A DNA stretch of 64,000 bases, taken from Harriotta raleighana (Eukaryota). The DNA is taken from contig JBNZDD010013621.1 of the NCBI GenBank assembly GCA_050575255.1, forward strand, positions 2,119,412 to 2,183,411. Direction: 5' to 3'. A program made the position numbers and the translations under genes. Within the stretch, counting starts at the first letter, position 1, and each line of letters opens with the position of its first letter. Positions 49,250-62,570 of the stretch are shown here, in pieces. Under the pieces are notes generated by a model. It worked only from the letters and a program-made list of their open reading frames with translations. It did no database searches and was not told the DNA's origin.

Positions 49250-49900
49250 GGCCCGTTGACAGTAATTTGTGAGGGAGTGACTGGTTGACTATGTCAGGAG
49301 AGGTTGGGGAGATGGGTGAAAAGCAATTGGTTAGGTCAAGGCAGCAGGTGGTGGGCTTCATCTGGGAGATGATGTTTGAGAAGTTGAGGGAGTAATTGCA
49401 GTGAAGAAGGGAAGGGGTAGTAGTAGGGGCTATTGTGGAAGGTTTGGGATGTGAGGAAGGAGGTGTAGGGGAGAAGGATGCAGATATTTTAAATCTTTGA
49501 CACAAAGAAGGCAAGAACCTCTTCGCACTTGGTGTTTGAAGAGGGAGGCAGCTTGAGGGGTGGGGGGTGGAGAGGAGAGAGAGTGGGGGATTGTGCGGAG
49601 GAGGTGATGGATGTGGAGAACAGTGGGTTGTTTTGGGGCTCCAAAATGGTTTGGGCCTGCGAGGGGAGAGGTGATAGTTGTGGAGATTCTCAAGCCACAT
49701 TGTGATACCAGATTTGTGCCATCTGTGCTCAAGTGTCTGGGTTTTTGTTTTGATGGGTGGGAGATGACTGTTGTACCAGGGGGAACGGGTAGATTCAGAG
49801 GCTGAATTTCAGTGAGGCAAAGGAGTTGAGGTCCGCAGAGTGCCAATCGTTTAGCAGCTTGAAAGCTGCATAAGGATATCACATTGATGAGATGCCTTAA
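49250..49900 (-). mobile_element. L2 LINE ORF2 N-terminal/central remnants
   Basis: LLCLTE (APE endonuclease-like) and IISQMKPTTCCLD..DIVNQSL. Confidence 0.6.
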
Positions 49901-51470
49901 AGTGCTTAACAACAACAATAACTACAACATTGGATTTATATATCGCCCTCCACACCGGTCGGTGTTTCAGAGCGTTTCACAAAGCAGAAGTTGCATTGCC
50001 ACAACAGTCGTGATAAGTAGAGAATAGCACATCAATACACTTGCATGAAAGAAATGGCGAAGCAGAAATTGAAGGAAATTAACAATTCACAAATGCAGAA
50101 AGAGTGGAATTCTAGGGAATTAGCCAGGAAGAGAAAGTATGTCTTCTTGAAAATCCCGTCTGTCCTAGAGTGCTTCACAGCTGCTGTAATTCTGAGAACA
50201 CACATCATCAATGTGTTTTTGACATAGTGCCTACAGCAGATTCTTGGAATTCCCAGGCCAAATTGAGTTAGTAACAACAGTATTAGTCCCCTCTGTCCCT
50301 GAAACCCATTATCGTTAAGATATTGTAATATTTTTATGCTACTTTGCCACATCTATCAAACGGGGTTGTCTTGCTTTTCATGTTTCCCTAAATCATTACT
50401 TTTTAAAAATGCAGAAATAATAGGAGAGATAGAGACAATCGCTGGCTAACCATAAAAAGTTTCTAAATGGGAAGAAAGTAATAATTGCTCAGGAAAAGGA
50501 TATCTTTTCGGCTAATGCAAATACTGTATATTGCTTGGTCATTTTTAATTGGTTCCCCTTATCTGTTTTCACACTTAATGCTATGGTTTTAGTCTGATAA
50601 AGCTGAAATCAAATTTACTGTCAACAAACTTTTCATTGATTCGTTGCGATAGTTACAGTAATTACTCTATCACAATCCAGCAAAAAAATTCAGCAATCAA
50701 TATTAAATATTGTTTGTAACCATGCTATTAAACTTGAACTCAAGATCCTTCACTACTAAATTCCTAGTCCTCATTTTCACATTCCTCCAGTTTCTCACCG
50801 AACCTAATCTCTATCAATTGGTGACCTTTCAGTCATTGTGCTCCAGCTCTTTGGAACTCTATCCCTGCACATTGATCTCTAACTCTCCGCCTTTAAAACC
50901 TGCCTGATGATCACTTTTTTTCAACTGTGCTTTCAATCACCTTTATCCCTTGTACTCAACAACACCAAATTAGATTTGTATAGCACCTTTCATATCGGGA
51001 GGATGTTGCAAGGCGCTCTACCCATTCCCCATCTCCTCCCTCCCCCAGGAAAGGCCTATGATGCATTGATGAAATATTTTAGAAAATGCTGTACATTTCA
51101 CCTCAATAGTGTTATTCATTGAGAAATTATTACAAAAGCTACAAAATACAGCTTATTGCCACTCATTCCTGAAGGACAGCCATTCGTCCATAAAGTACAT
51201 AGTCAATTCACTTCAAGTAGGCAGTTTCAAACTTGTGATAATATGCTACTTCAAATGCAAGGATTATTATTGCTATAACTAAACACTTTGCCTGGGGGAG
51301 AAAGGATGCCTCCCAGCAAAATGGTTCCTTCCAAATATTTCTCTATTCCCAATCATACAAGTTACTACAGTATTTAAGTACAGCTAAAAACAAGAGGATA
51401 ATTTATTTGTGTCAGTATCAAGTGAAGCAACATTCAAATTCTGCCAGCACAATTGAAAATAAGATAATTA

Positions 51471-51895
51471 AACAACAACAATAGCTTGAATTTATATAGC
51501 ACCCTCCATGCCAGATGAATTCTCAGAGCACTTCATAAAATGGATCCTGGGGTCGAGCCGGGGAGATGGGGATAAAAGGTTACCAAAAGCGTAGTCAAAA
51601 AGAAATCTTTTGGTGCGACCTGAAAATAGAAAAGGAGGGGAAGAGGCGAACGGACTGAGGAAGGAAGTTCCAGAGCCTTGGGGCATAGTGGCTAAAAGCA
51701 CAACTGCCGATGATGGAACGGAGGATTCGGGGGCACGTAGGAAGCCAGACCCAATAGAGCGAAGGCTACGGGTACTGTTGTGAGGAGAGAGGAGATCAAA
51801 GAGATAAGTGGCTGCAGAGAAGTGAAGGGATTTGAATACAAGAGTGAGGATCTTGAAATCGATCTTGAAATCGATCCACTCCAAGAGCCAGTGAA
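51471..51895 (-). mobile_element. L2 LINE 3' end (type B)
   Basis: WIDFKILTLVFKSLH..RSLRS; type B tail and (CAA)n. Confidence 0.9.
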
Positions 51896-52464
51896 GTCTT
51901 GCGAGGACTGAGGTAATTCAGGCCACATCCTGAAATTCAAAGTGGTAGATGTTCTTCCATATTACAAAAAAGATCATTATATGCACAAAAACCATACTAA
52001 TGTAATTTTTCTTCCCAGTTTCCCATCTTCTCTTCCCATCTCCTCTCCTGAAAACCATACGGTGTCGGATTAAAACATAGCCAAAGTCGAGCAATTTATC
52101 AATCTTCAGAGAATCTCCTCCACAAGTACTGTATATTGCAGTTTAGATGTGATAGCAATGATAACTATGACCACCAGTACACTGTACTGAGCACCACTCA
52201 AGGAATTATTTTACTTACAATTCACTTACTGTGAAATTTTGATTTAAGAAAAGTTTTGTTGTCATTTCATACACTTTGAGCTAATTTTTCAAGGTTAGGG
52301 TTAATTATTTTCCCACTGCAAGATGAATAATTCATTTGGTATTAGTGTACATTTACTGTTTTCATTGGCAACTGACCAATGACTCACTTGTGGGAATTAT
52401 AGTTTAAATGGGGTTTTCCCTAATTGCCTACACCCTGTCAATTTCAATTATGTAATCCAAAAGT

Positions 52465-52970
52465 ATGCAGATAACACCCAACTGTACCTCTCTGTCTCTC
52501 AGGAGACTGCTCTTCTGTCAGACATCAAGTCCTGGATGAGAGCTAATTTTCTACAGTTGAACGTCAACAAAACTGAGGCCCACTTGATTGGCTCCCATCA
52601 ATGCCTCCACACCTCAGGCGCTGACAACATCACCATCCATGCATGCACACTCCACCTTACAAAACCAGTCCGGAACCTTGCTATTTTGTTTGACCATCAA
52701 CTATCCTTTCTACCCCACATCCGTGCCTGATCTGCTCTGCTTCCCCAACCTCCACAACATTGCCCAGCTCCATCACTGCCTCACCCCTCTCCTTACATCC
52801 TTGATGACCCATCTCAAGACCCTCTTCGTCAACTGCACCTTTGATTGCCTTCCTTCATTCCTGCCCTCCACTTGATCCCGATCTCCAGCTTGGGTTGAAA
52901 ACATTGACAGTCCAACGCTTTGGGACATCATCTCGATGTGAAAGATACTACACAAATGTAATTTTGTTGG
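52465..52970 (+). mobile_element. L2 LINE RT/C-terminal fragment with tail
   Basis: YADNTQLYLS, DIKSWMRANFLQLNVNKTE..VRNLAILFD..LSFLPHI. Confidence 0.92.
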
Positions 52971-53127
52971 GTGTGTTCATATGAATAATATATGGCAAGT
53001 ATTATATTTTCATCCCATTAACTTCATTAACAACATACATATGAACAAATACCAAAAGACCTCAAAACACATTAAATGCTTACAATGTATTGTTAAATCA
53101 TTTGGTGTAAAATTGGATTATTTCATA

Positions 53128-53755
53128 AATAATAATCTTTGTATTTGACACATCCCCCATCTTGCCCACCCCACCATTCTGAAAGATGCTTAACAGGATT
53201 TACTATAAAATGTTGTGACTTCATATTTGTGGTTGAATAGAACAGCCAGTCTACACACAGCATGTCCCACGTAATGCCATATTATGAATGATTCATTTTA
53301 TTTAGTAGATTGTTGACCTGGACAAAGGGAAACGTCCTTATCTTTGAGTATTTCCATGGAATCTTTAGGTGTAACATCCACCTGAACTTGCAGACAGAAT
53401 CTTGTTTTAATGTCTCATCTGAAGAATGATACCTCTAACAATGGAACGCTCTCCCCTAGTACAATAAAACCTCGATAATCCAAATTCGGAAAGTCCCTAA
53501 AACTGGCAAGATTTCAAAACACATACAGTACTAGATTTTTTCCGATATCCAGCAAAGCTCCTGCAGTTCCCGGCAGATGCTCTGTCATCTGACTCTGTGG
53601 GTGGAGCTCAGGTATAGTTTGGCTTCAGTGCTGTGTTTATAACACACGTGGTGTATAGCCGTTTCTAGGGTAGGTTCTAAATACCGACAAACTCCAAAAC
53701 CCGTGAGGTGAGTGGCCTGAATCAAGCTGGATTACCGAGCATTGGAGTGTCAGCT
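53128..53755 (-). mobile_element. Older DeuSINE interrupted by a DNA transposon
   Basis: ctcccctagta(53461)..cattggagtgtcagc(53740) are contiguous in the family. Confidence 0.7.
53462..53739. mobile_element. Tigger-like MITE with truncated right TIR
   Basis: TA+caataaaacctcgataatcc ... ggattaccgag. Confidence 0.78.
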
Positions 53756-54332
53756 GAATGGTAGACAGGGTGATCAAAGTACATTTGGCAACTTGCTATT
53801 GGTGATTCTAAAGAGTGGTCTGATGCAATATTTAATTCTTGCTGAAGAAGAATTAAACAAGCACAACTCAGACATTTCTGGTCCAGGTGTTATTAACAGC
53901 TGATCTGCCTTTTTGATCCTCTTCACCTCCCAGCTGGTACAAGTGTTAACCTACAGTCCTGTCAATTAAACATGACAGTGGTATGCAAGCATTATACATA
54001 CCACAAATCTTGCAGTGAGCTTGCTTTTATCTGGAGAGTAACTCACTGGAACATTGCCCTCAATAGATCTTGCACCATTAATGGTGAAGCTCCTTATGAA
54101 GCCATAAATAGAAACCTTTTCTTATATCACAAGAGAAAATCAGCAGCCCCTTCATCACAAGCTCTGACAGATCCAAATGGCAATATTGTGATAGGCAGCT
54201 GTTACTGATATATATATATCATAAGATCAATAGCATTATTATTCTGGACTGATAAGAGTGCAGTTTACAATCATTACTTCATATTCTATTTAAACATTCT
54301 AGAGATAGCACTTAGTATTCACCAAATAAAGA

Positions 54333-54722
54333 GTCATCCTGGCTCAGTTGACAGTCCTCTTGCCTTTGTGTCAGGAAGTTATGGGTTCAATGCACAGTCC
54401 AGACGAACACTCAAAATATAGCCCAGGAGAGCATTGCATTGTTCAAAGTGCTGTCCTTTAAACAGAGTTTCATGTATGTTTTCAAGTTGGTATAAAAGAT
54501 TCTGAGGCACTTAGAAAAGAGAAGAGGATTTCCTTCCGGTGTCCTCAAAAGCAATACCCCAAATAAAAATTATTATTCCCATCCTGGCTGTTTGCAGAGC
54601 AATGTTCTGGCTATTGTGTTTGCCTACTACTGTACAAAAATACAATTATTCTACTGTACAGAAACTCTGTGCTGTGTTTTGACCTGTTTTGATAGCCTTT
54701 ACATAAAATGTAAAGATTATTT
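54333..54722 (+). mobile_element. Older DeuSINE (SacSINE1-like)
   Basis: tggctcagttg..tcttgcctttgtgtcagg..gggttcaa head, ccggtgtcct. Confidence 0.72.
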
Positions 54723-54769
54723 TTCAAGAAGATTTAATCTTTCATCAATATCAAATTTACAAACAAGGA

Positions 54770-55610
54770 GCTGAACAGTGAGGGGGAGGAGAGGGTGAGA
54801 GATGGGAGGGTGAGAGAAGGCACAATTGAAAAGGAGGGTCATGAGACTGTTCTTGAAGGAGGCAAGGGAGAAAGCGAGGCAAATGGATTGTGGAAAGGAG
54901 TTCCAGAGTGTGGGGGCAGAGAGGCTGAAAGCACAGCCACAGATGGTATGGCGGGTTAGGCGGGAGACATGGAGCAGGTCTGCTGAACAGAGTGAGTATA
55001 CAGTTTGATAGGAGGATCAGCAGGTCAGAGAAGTAGGAGGTGATAAGAGCTTGGAGAGCCTTGAAAGTGAGGACCAGGATCTGGAGTTCTATCCTCTGAA
55101 GGATAGTGAAGCAGTGAAGCCGGGGGCGTGGGGGTGATGGGTACACAGAGCCTGGTGTAGGAAAGAACACAAGCTGTTGAATTTTGGATGACCCTTTGGC
55201 GGGAAGAGTTGGAAAGGCCGACAAGGAGAGATTTTCCGTAATCAAGCCTTGAGATGACAAATGCATGTAAGAGGGTTTCGATGACCTGAGGGGTGAGGAG
55301 TTGGGCAATTTTGCGGAGGTGGTGGAAGGCAGAGCTGATCATGGCATGGATATAATAATAATAATAATCATTGCATTTGATATAGAGCTTTTCACGTCTT
55401 CTAGACATCTCAAAGCGCTTCACAAGAAAATATTGTAAAATGAGTTAACTGCATATTTGTGGATGAAACGTGGCAGCCGTTTGCACACAGCAGAGTCCCA
55501 CAAACAGTCATGAATTGAGTGACAAAATTATTTTTGATATGGGGGAGAAAGGATAGTTGGTGGTTAAACGAAATGCCCAGGTTCCTGACTGGCTTGTTGA
55601 GGTTAGAGAT
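54770..55610 (-). mobile_element. L2 LINE C-terminal fragment interrupted by a partial SINE (55353-55530)
   Basis: KPVRNLGISFNHQLSFLPHI / SAFHHLRKIAQL..ETLLHAFVISRLDY..IQNSTA. Confidence 0.9.
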
Positions 55611-55794
55611 GGATAAACATTGTTTACTACTTGAATAATACAGTATTATGTTTCTATGATGAGACGAATATAACATTTCAACAGCTTTTTTATTTTCAGT
55701 GGCAAAGCAATTCAGTCTGTGGTGCACATAAATATATGAATGAGTTTCAAATCCAAATGTTTTGATTGTGATTAAAAGACACCAAGCAAATTTG

Positions 55795-56045
55795 TGTTTC
55801 AGCCATTAGCCACTCTGCCCCCAACCATTGGAATTCCATCCCTCTTCCCTTCCCCAGCCTCCTTCATGTCCTGCCTCAAGACCCTCCACTTCAATGGTGC
55901 CATCAATCACCCCCACCTTCTTCTCCCTTCCTTCCACCCTCCCCAATCGCAACCCCAGCTTGGCTCTGAAACATTGACTGGGCAGCGGCTTACAATGTCC
56001 TCCCAAGCATAAAAGGTGCTATATAAATATAATTTTGTTGTTGAT
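55795..56045 (+). mobile_element. L2 LINE 3' end (type A)
   Basis: SFMSCLKTLHF; tail. Confidence 0.8.
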
Positions 56046-56569
56046 GTAATTACAATATTTTACCAATGCGTAACATGGCTCCGTAAGCACATAAAATAGC
56101 ACAAAAAGCTACTGAAGTGTTGGGGAGAATTGAAAGAATCATTATTCTGGATCTGAGAACTATACATGTGCTATGTTTTGAGAAGAGGTGCACAGAGTTC
56201 AACTTGCTCTCAAACGGAAGTTATGATTAGTACTTCCCATCATTGTTGCAAATTTCACAAATTAGATTCTAAATGTCATCCTTTTAAATTATTATTTTTG
56301 TCTGTGTATAAATATGCAATATAATTAAGTTATTTGTCTGTAAATATACAATATGTTCAACTTCCTCTCTTCCTGTGGCTTTAACCACTAACACATGTAC
56401 TTCATGGATGAGATAGAACTTGCCAAGGGGGAAGCTAATAGAGATCTAGAGTGTTAGTTGACTCATCACTTACCATGTCAAAATACAATAGTGTGAGACA
56501 ACAATAAGCAAAGCAAACAGGATGCTGAGCTATATCGATAAGTTTGTTGAGTTTAGATCCCCAGATGTA

Positions 56570-56962
56570 CTCAAACTCATATGTAGTGCTCCAGTCAGAG
56601 GATACACCTAGAATACAAAATACAGTTCTGGTCACTGCAATGTAAGGTCAGTGCCCAGAACAATGAGTATGATCTCCAGCATTAGAGGAATATGCTGTCA
56701 TCGATGATTACACAATACTGTATAGGATTCTTCACTGTTGAAAATAAAGACATCCAAAATTTAGATTTAATTGGGAAAATAAACTCAGAACAATACTTGT
56801 GGATGAACTAAGAAAGCAGAATAAGAGATCATAGGTTTTGGAGCATAAAAGGACAGATACTAGAAAATGAGTAATTAGAACTGGAGTAATTAACAAAGGA
56901 CAGAAGTTATATATTCTGGAAGGACGAAATAAAATGGGCCATCTTCATCTGAACCCATCTTG
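56570..56962 (+). mobile_element. Ancient CR1-type LINE fragment
   Basis: HLEYKIQFWS peptide; 3' end ttctggaaggacg..cttcatctgaac. Confidence 0.65.
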
Positions 56963-57401
56963 TGTTGTTTTCTTTTAACTGAGGCCTTGGATGAGGTAAT
57001 ACAGTGGTGTGTAACAGGCACTTAGTGGCCTTTTCCTTATCCTTAGCTTTGAGACATTCCTGTGAAAGCCGTTGTATAAATGTGAATTGTACGAACAATT
57101 CCTCGTACTAATAATAAAAGTAATGCCTGTTTTCTATTTTCTCAAAGCTCGTTAAATGTTCCTTTACAAAATTTAACATTGACACAAAAGAAACTCTTTG
57201 AAATATACCAGTGCAGTTATTGTGGTCCCATCGGTCAGCCCAAATCCACTCCTTTAACCCTACCCTGATCCTGACCCCAGCTCAGGTCTGAAACATTGAC
57301 TATCCAGCATCTTGGAACGTCCTCCCAATGTGAAAGGCACTATACAAATGGAATTTTGTGGTTTGTTGTTACTACTTAATGCTCGGTAAACAAAGGCATT
57401 T

Positions 57402-57499
57402 GGAGTAAGGAAATTTGCCCAACATTTCGCCTTGCCAGGAATCAAACCAAAGTCCTCTCACTTGCGAGGGGAGTGCTCTAATCACTAAGCTACAGGACT
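57402..57499 (-). mobile_element. Deu-domain SINE head only
   Basis: ggagtaaggaaatttgccc..ctaagctacaggact. Confidence 0.8.
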
Positions 57500-57514
57500 A
57501 AGCACAAGAAGAGT

Positions 57515-57795
57515 GGAGACCTGAGCTCAGTGGTTGGAGCACTCGCCTTATAAGCGAGAGACCTGGGTTTAATTCCAGGCAGGGTGAAACCTTGGGCAAG
57601 ATTCCTTATTACACATGCCTATTAATAATTTGGTCATTTCAATCCACGACTGTTTGTGGGATGCTGTGTGCAATTGGTTGCTGCGTTTTGCCCACAAATA
57701 TGCATGCAATTCACTTTACAGTATATTCTGTGAAGCACTTTGTGACGTCTAGGCCACTGAAAAGCACTATATCAAATGCAATGGTTATTATCATT
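57515..57795 (+). mobile_element. Deu-domain SINE, short subfamily
   Basis: A/B boxes, ccttgggcaag, core, tail. Confidence 0.9.
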
Positions 57796-59534
57796 AAGAA
57801 CACTATATCAATGCAAGTTGTTGTGAACTCTACCTCTACCACCTTACTTGGCAGAGTGTTTCATCTCCCAATAACTCTTAAAAGAATTTTGCCTAAGCTC
57901 TGCTTTTGCTCATGTTGTGTCTATCTGTTATAACTGTGGCCTCTGGTAACTTACTCTCCTACTGGTGGAAATAGCTTCACCCTATTTACCCTGTCAAAAG
58001 CCTTATAATTTTGTACCCCTCCCAGATATATAGATAAGTTATTTGGGAATGGGCTTAGTCATAATATTAGAAAACCCTTTAAATCACCAGTATTAAATGA
58101 CAAAATCTATTTGATAGATTATTTTAAATTGGAAAGGTGTCCAAAATGATATAAAGTTCCTGCCAGGAGGAGCCAGTAACCAGATGTGACCATATAGTAA
58201 TATGCCTGGTCCATGTCTTAATCAAGGTATTTTATTTCATTAATACTTGTCCAAGTGATCAAAACAGCTAGAACAGCTATGTTCATCTTATTTTCAGCTC
58301 TTTGCCAGATGAAATATATAAAGGACCCCATCTGCTCTATTACTGTTGTTCTCGTGGTTTAATTTTGGTGGTTATTACTGTTGAATTTGTGTTGTTTGTA
58401 ACGTTGAAAACATAACTTCAAATTATCCTTTGATCAATTTCTGAAATATCTTCTTGTCTGCAAATCCTATTTCAGGTTTAGCCTCATTTAGGGACTTCTT
58501 CATGAAGGATATTTTCATGCCAAAAGTATTCAGAATGAACACACGAACAAGAATATTACTCACAATTCACAGCTTGTCGGGCTGTAGTGAGGGGGTGGGG
58601 AGTCGGAGCTACATAAACAAGTAAAAGTAAAATTCATCATTAGTCATATTGTTTTTTGCCTCGTGCTCCAAACCACCAAGTATAAACATTAAAGAAAATC
58701 CTGCTTTGTAACTGTTCGTAAAGATTCTTGCTGTGTAACTAACTCACCACTACTAAAGCTGAAAAATATAAACCTTTCTTTATGCTTTTTCTCCCGATGA
58801 TCAATTAAAGGAGTCTCAGGGCTTCACAGACATTGATGGGAGACTGAACCCTTCTTTAGACAGTTTTATGGGCTTCCTTTCCTGTAAAGATAATAATCTT
58901 TTTGTGACTGTTAATCCTGGTGAAGTTGACTCAAAGCAGGAGTCTGAGTGTCAAGGGAGCAAGCAAGTGAGGCAGTGAGTCTGAGTTTCAGTAAGAAATA
59001 ACTTTATTTTCACTGACAAAATTCATCTTGCCACATTAAGTTATTTTTCTACTGGAAAATGCATTTCTCTGCTGGCTCCTTTGACTATTTCATTATGCTT
59101 CACAGGCAAGCCTTTTTGAACAAAATGAAGTGAAGAAGCTAATTTATAGGCCCGAGCCAAACACGTACCAAATGGATGTTGACTTTCAGATATTGCAACA
59201 TTTTGGTATTCCTAGTATCAGAAACATATAAAGTTGACAACACTGAAGCTTTTACTCAATCTTCTGTTTTCCATAGGCACAAAGGAATAGTAGGAGGATT
59301 ATTCTATTGAGGGGAAGAGTCACCACTACCTAACCTGTCAATTCTTTTCATTATTTCAAAGCCACAATGAAATCATCCTTTAGCCTCCTTTGTTTGTAAG
59401 GAATATAACAACAGATTACCAAACCTCTCATCATTGGGCCTCTTCAACCCATCTATTGGTAAAGTGAACTATCACTGGACACTCACCAAAGTTTGTATAT
59501 CTTTCCAAAAGTGGATTCAAGCACCATGTTGCAA

Positions 59535-59640
59535 CTTTGATTTTCATATATGGAACCTTCAATACTTTGGTTTGGATGCTCTTATTATTGGTGATATGTT
59601 TCTCTGTGTGAAAAATCTTAGCTCTCAGCCTGACCAATAA
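59535..59640 (+). repeat. Unclassified interspersed repeat (family X), opposite orientation
   Basis: ggaaccttcaa..tttggtttggatgctctta..ggtgat..ctgacca matches the reverse complement of 24123-24200. Confidence 0.65.
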
Positions 59641-59678
59641 GCCAGGCTGGCTGGTCTGTCATCAGGAGTACTCTAGAG

Positions 59679-59979
59679 CAGTGGTTCTCAACCTTTTTCA
59701 GTAATGTGCCCCAGGTTAATTTTCAACATTACCGGATAACCCCACCCAACCACATACAAACACCACACACCCCATTCCACTTGCATTTTATGCCCAAGCT
59801 TTTCTTATATAACAAAATAACTAGCACATACAAAATGTGGGGAATAACAATTAAATATACAATTTGGAAGGCTATAAAAAGCTAAATAAGAAAGCTAAAT
59901 AAATCAATATACTGCTACCTGTACCCCCTGGAAGTAATTTCATATCCTCTGAGGTACATGTACTGGTTGAGAACCGCTG
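59679..59979. mobile_element. hAT-Charlie-type MITE
   Basis: TIRs cagtggttctcaacc / ggttgagaaccgctg; 8-bp TSD ctctagag (59671-78) / ctctaaag (59980-87). Confidence 0.93.
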
Positions 59980-60264
59980 CTCTAAAGTTCTGTGCATCCA
60001 TCTTGATCAGGAACTGGTTGACAGAGACCATCACAAACAGTTGACACAATTCCGATATGTTTATACCAAGCATATCATCTTGGAGTCATCTTTGTCCAGG
60101 GGAACCTGGTTATCCCTCTCTCTCTCTCTCCCAATCTTCGTAAAAGGTTCCAACATAAGTACAAGATCTTGACAAATGCACTTATTGCTTTTATGTTAGC
60201 CACAGTTCTTGTTCTCAAATTGTGGTTGATTTGCAATGTTCTGGTGCTGAGAAACCACAAGTGC

Positions 60265-60470
60265 TGAGATTTGAGTTTCAGGTTGTACAGAGTTAGCTGA
60301 TTTCAGCCAGGGCAGTGGTAAGAAGGCTAAATTGCCCACAGTGCCCCTGAGTTAGGGAGGGATAAAATGGTCAGAGTTCCTGCTTCTGATCACTGTTCAG
60401 AGACCCCTGCTGAGTAATCCTCTTCTGTAGATGTTGAAGGAGGGCAGTGTTGGGCTGCACTGTCATGCAT
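60265..60470 (+). mobile_element. Ancient tRNA-SINE (AmnSINE2-like, tentative)
   Basis: agttagctgatttcagcc..cagtgcccctgagttagggaggg..gttcctgcttctgatc..gacccctgctg. Confidence 0.62.
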
Positions 60471-60957
60471 TTTGGCCTACAAATTCCCTCTGTCACGAAC
60501 CGCAGCAAAATAGATGACATTCACTAACACATAACACGTCATCAGTTCTTATGCTTTATCAATGCTCCTACATTTATTGCCAAGATGTTTCCCCATTCAT
60601 TTCACACTACATTGAATTCCAAAGCCCTTTCTGTACTGTGCTTAAAAATCGCCTAATATGGGTTTGCGATTTCCTTAGGTCAAAGCTGTGGAATCTTTCC
60701 AAGTTCAAGGTAAACAATTGGTTGGTATGGCAGTCCAAATTCTTACATTTCAAACATTAATATCTTCTAATAGATAATATTCTGGAAGTTTATGAAAGGC
60801 AAATCTAAACAAAAATCTGATTACTGTAATCACTAATTACTTTTCAAGTTGTTTTCCTCATACCTTGGAACACATGGATTCAAACACTATGCTAAAGATT
60901 GGTTGGTATTTTTATTTGAGCCTTCAAGCTCCAAGAAATGTTTTCCTTCATCATCAT

Positions 60958-61256
60958 CAATAATAATAATGCTTGTATTTGATGTAACACTTTTCAAGTC
61001 TTCTGATATCTCAAAGCGCTTCACAGAATATATTGTAAAATTAATTGACTGTATATATGTGGGCAAAATGCAGCAGCCAATTGCACACAGCAGTATCCCA
61101 CAAATAGTCATGGATTGAAGTGACCAATTTATTATTGTTTTTTGGGGGATTATTATCAGGCATATGGAGTAAGGAAATTTGACCAAGGTTTCACCCTGCC
61201 TGGAAGAGAATCCAGTTCTCTCACTTGTGAGTGCTCTAACCACTGATCTATAGGAC
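60958..61256 (-). mobile_element. Deu-domain SINE, short subfamily
   Basis: Reverse tail, core, head. Confidence 0.9.
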
Positions 61257-62331
61257 AGCACAAGAATTTGAATCAAGAAACACATTTGCTTTCTGCCTAT
61301 TTCACGGAGATGTAAAATGTAAAAATGATGCACTATAATTATTTAACGGCACAACCAATGCTGAGTGCCCCACCGTCAACATCCTAGAAACATAGAATCA
61401 TAGAAAATTATGGCACAGAAGACAGCCATTCAGCCCATCATGTTTGTACCAGCTCTTTCAAGAATAATGCTTTCATAATGCTTTCTGCCTCAATGTCATG
61501 AATGGTTGGAAATCCTTACTTAGGCCCCTTCTCTGTCTACCTTTAAATCACATATCCCCTTCTGCCATGCCTTTGTTCTCTCCCTCAACCCTCTTCATTG
61601 CGCTTGATGCCAAGCAGGTGTTAAGCAATTTATGACATTAAAACATTATTAAACATTATTAACACTCTATGACCCTTGTGGAAAGGGTGCTTTAAAAAAA
61701 AGCAAGTTGTTGTTTCCTTCCCATTTGCCTGCCCTACTCCTGTAGCAGACTCTAGTCAAGTGTTACAATTGACTAGAAATTTGACTAGGCCGATCATATC
61801 ATCACAGTGGCCAGGGGAACAGGGAGAATCTTGGTACTTTGTGAAGTACCTCAAAGTCTATAAGACTTCTAACACCTCAAAGTCTATAAGATTCAAGAAA
61901 AGAATGTGATAGAATATTCATTTCATGCCTGGGTGGATGTAACTACACTCCTTCATTACCACCAGGTGAAAATCTTCAAACACACTGCCCAGCATCTTAG
62001 TGAGAACACCATCACAAAGACAGGAGCTGCTTAAATATAAGGTAAAGTGTCATCGGGTAAGTGCTGGCCCTTTTAGCAGTGCACACATCCCAAAATGAGT
62101 GAAAAAGATTCAACATACCATTAATTTCATGTATTGAGTCTTCCGAATCACTCACAAATTCGGAAAGGAAATTTGTCATTCTTTGAGAACAAGTACATCT
62201 GAACTCTGCTGGACTGTTTGAATTAATTATTGCAATTTTTCATGATATACTCACATTGCCAAGGTTGGTAAATTTACAGAACAACAAGCTCCAGAAATTT
62301 TGGTGTGTACAATGGAATTCTTCTAGAACCT

Positions 62332-62570
62332 GGAGCCCTGTAGCTCAGTGGTTAGAGCATTCGCGTTGCAAGTGAGAGACCTGAGTTCGATTCTAGGCAG
62401 GGTAAAACCTTGGGCAAGTTTCTTTACTCCACACACCTGATAATAATTCCTCAAAAAAACAAGTCCTGAGCTACCTCGTGTTGCCCATAAATATTCACTT
62501 TATGATGAATATCTTTGAGTTATCTAGAAGACGTGAAAAACGATATATTAAATGCAAGGATTATTATTAA
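62332..62570 (+). mobile_element. Deu-domain SINE with internal core deletion
   Basis: Intact head tagctcagtggttagagc..gttcgattct; tail aatgcaaggattattatt. Confidence 0.88.

Noticed and set aside
50045-50227. Charged, coiled-coil-like ORF MKEMAKQKLKE with a gtatgt donor
   Set aside because: No upstream acceptor or promoter signal; purine-rich composition explains the peptide.
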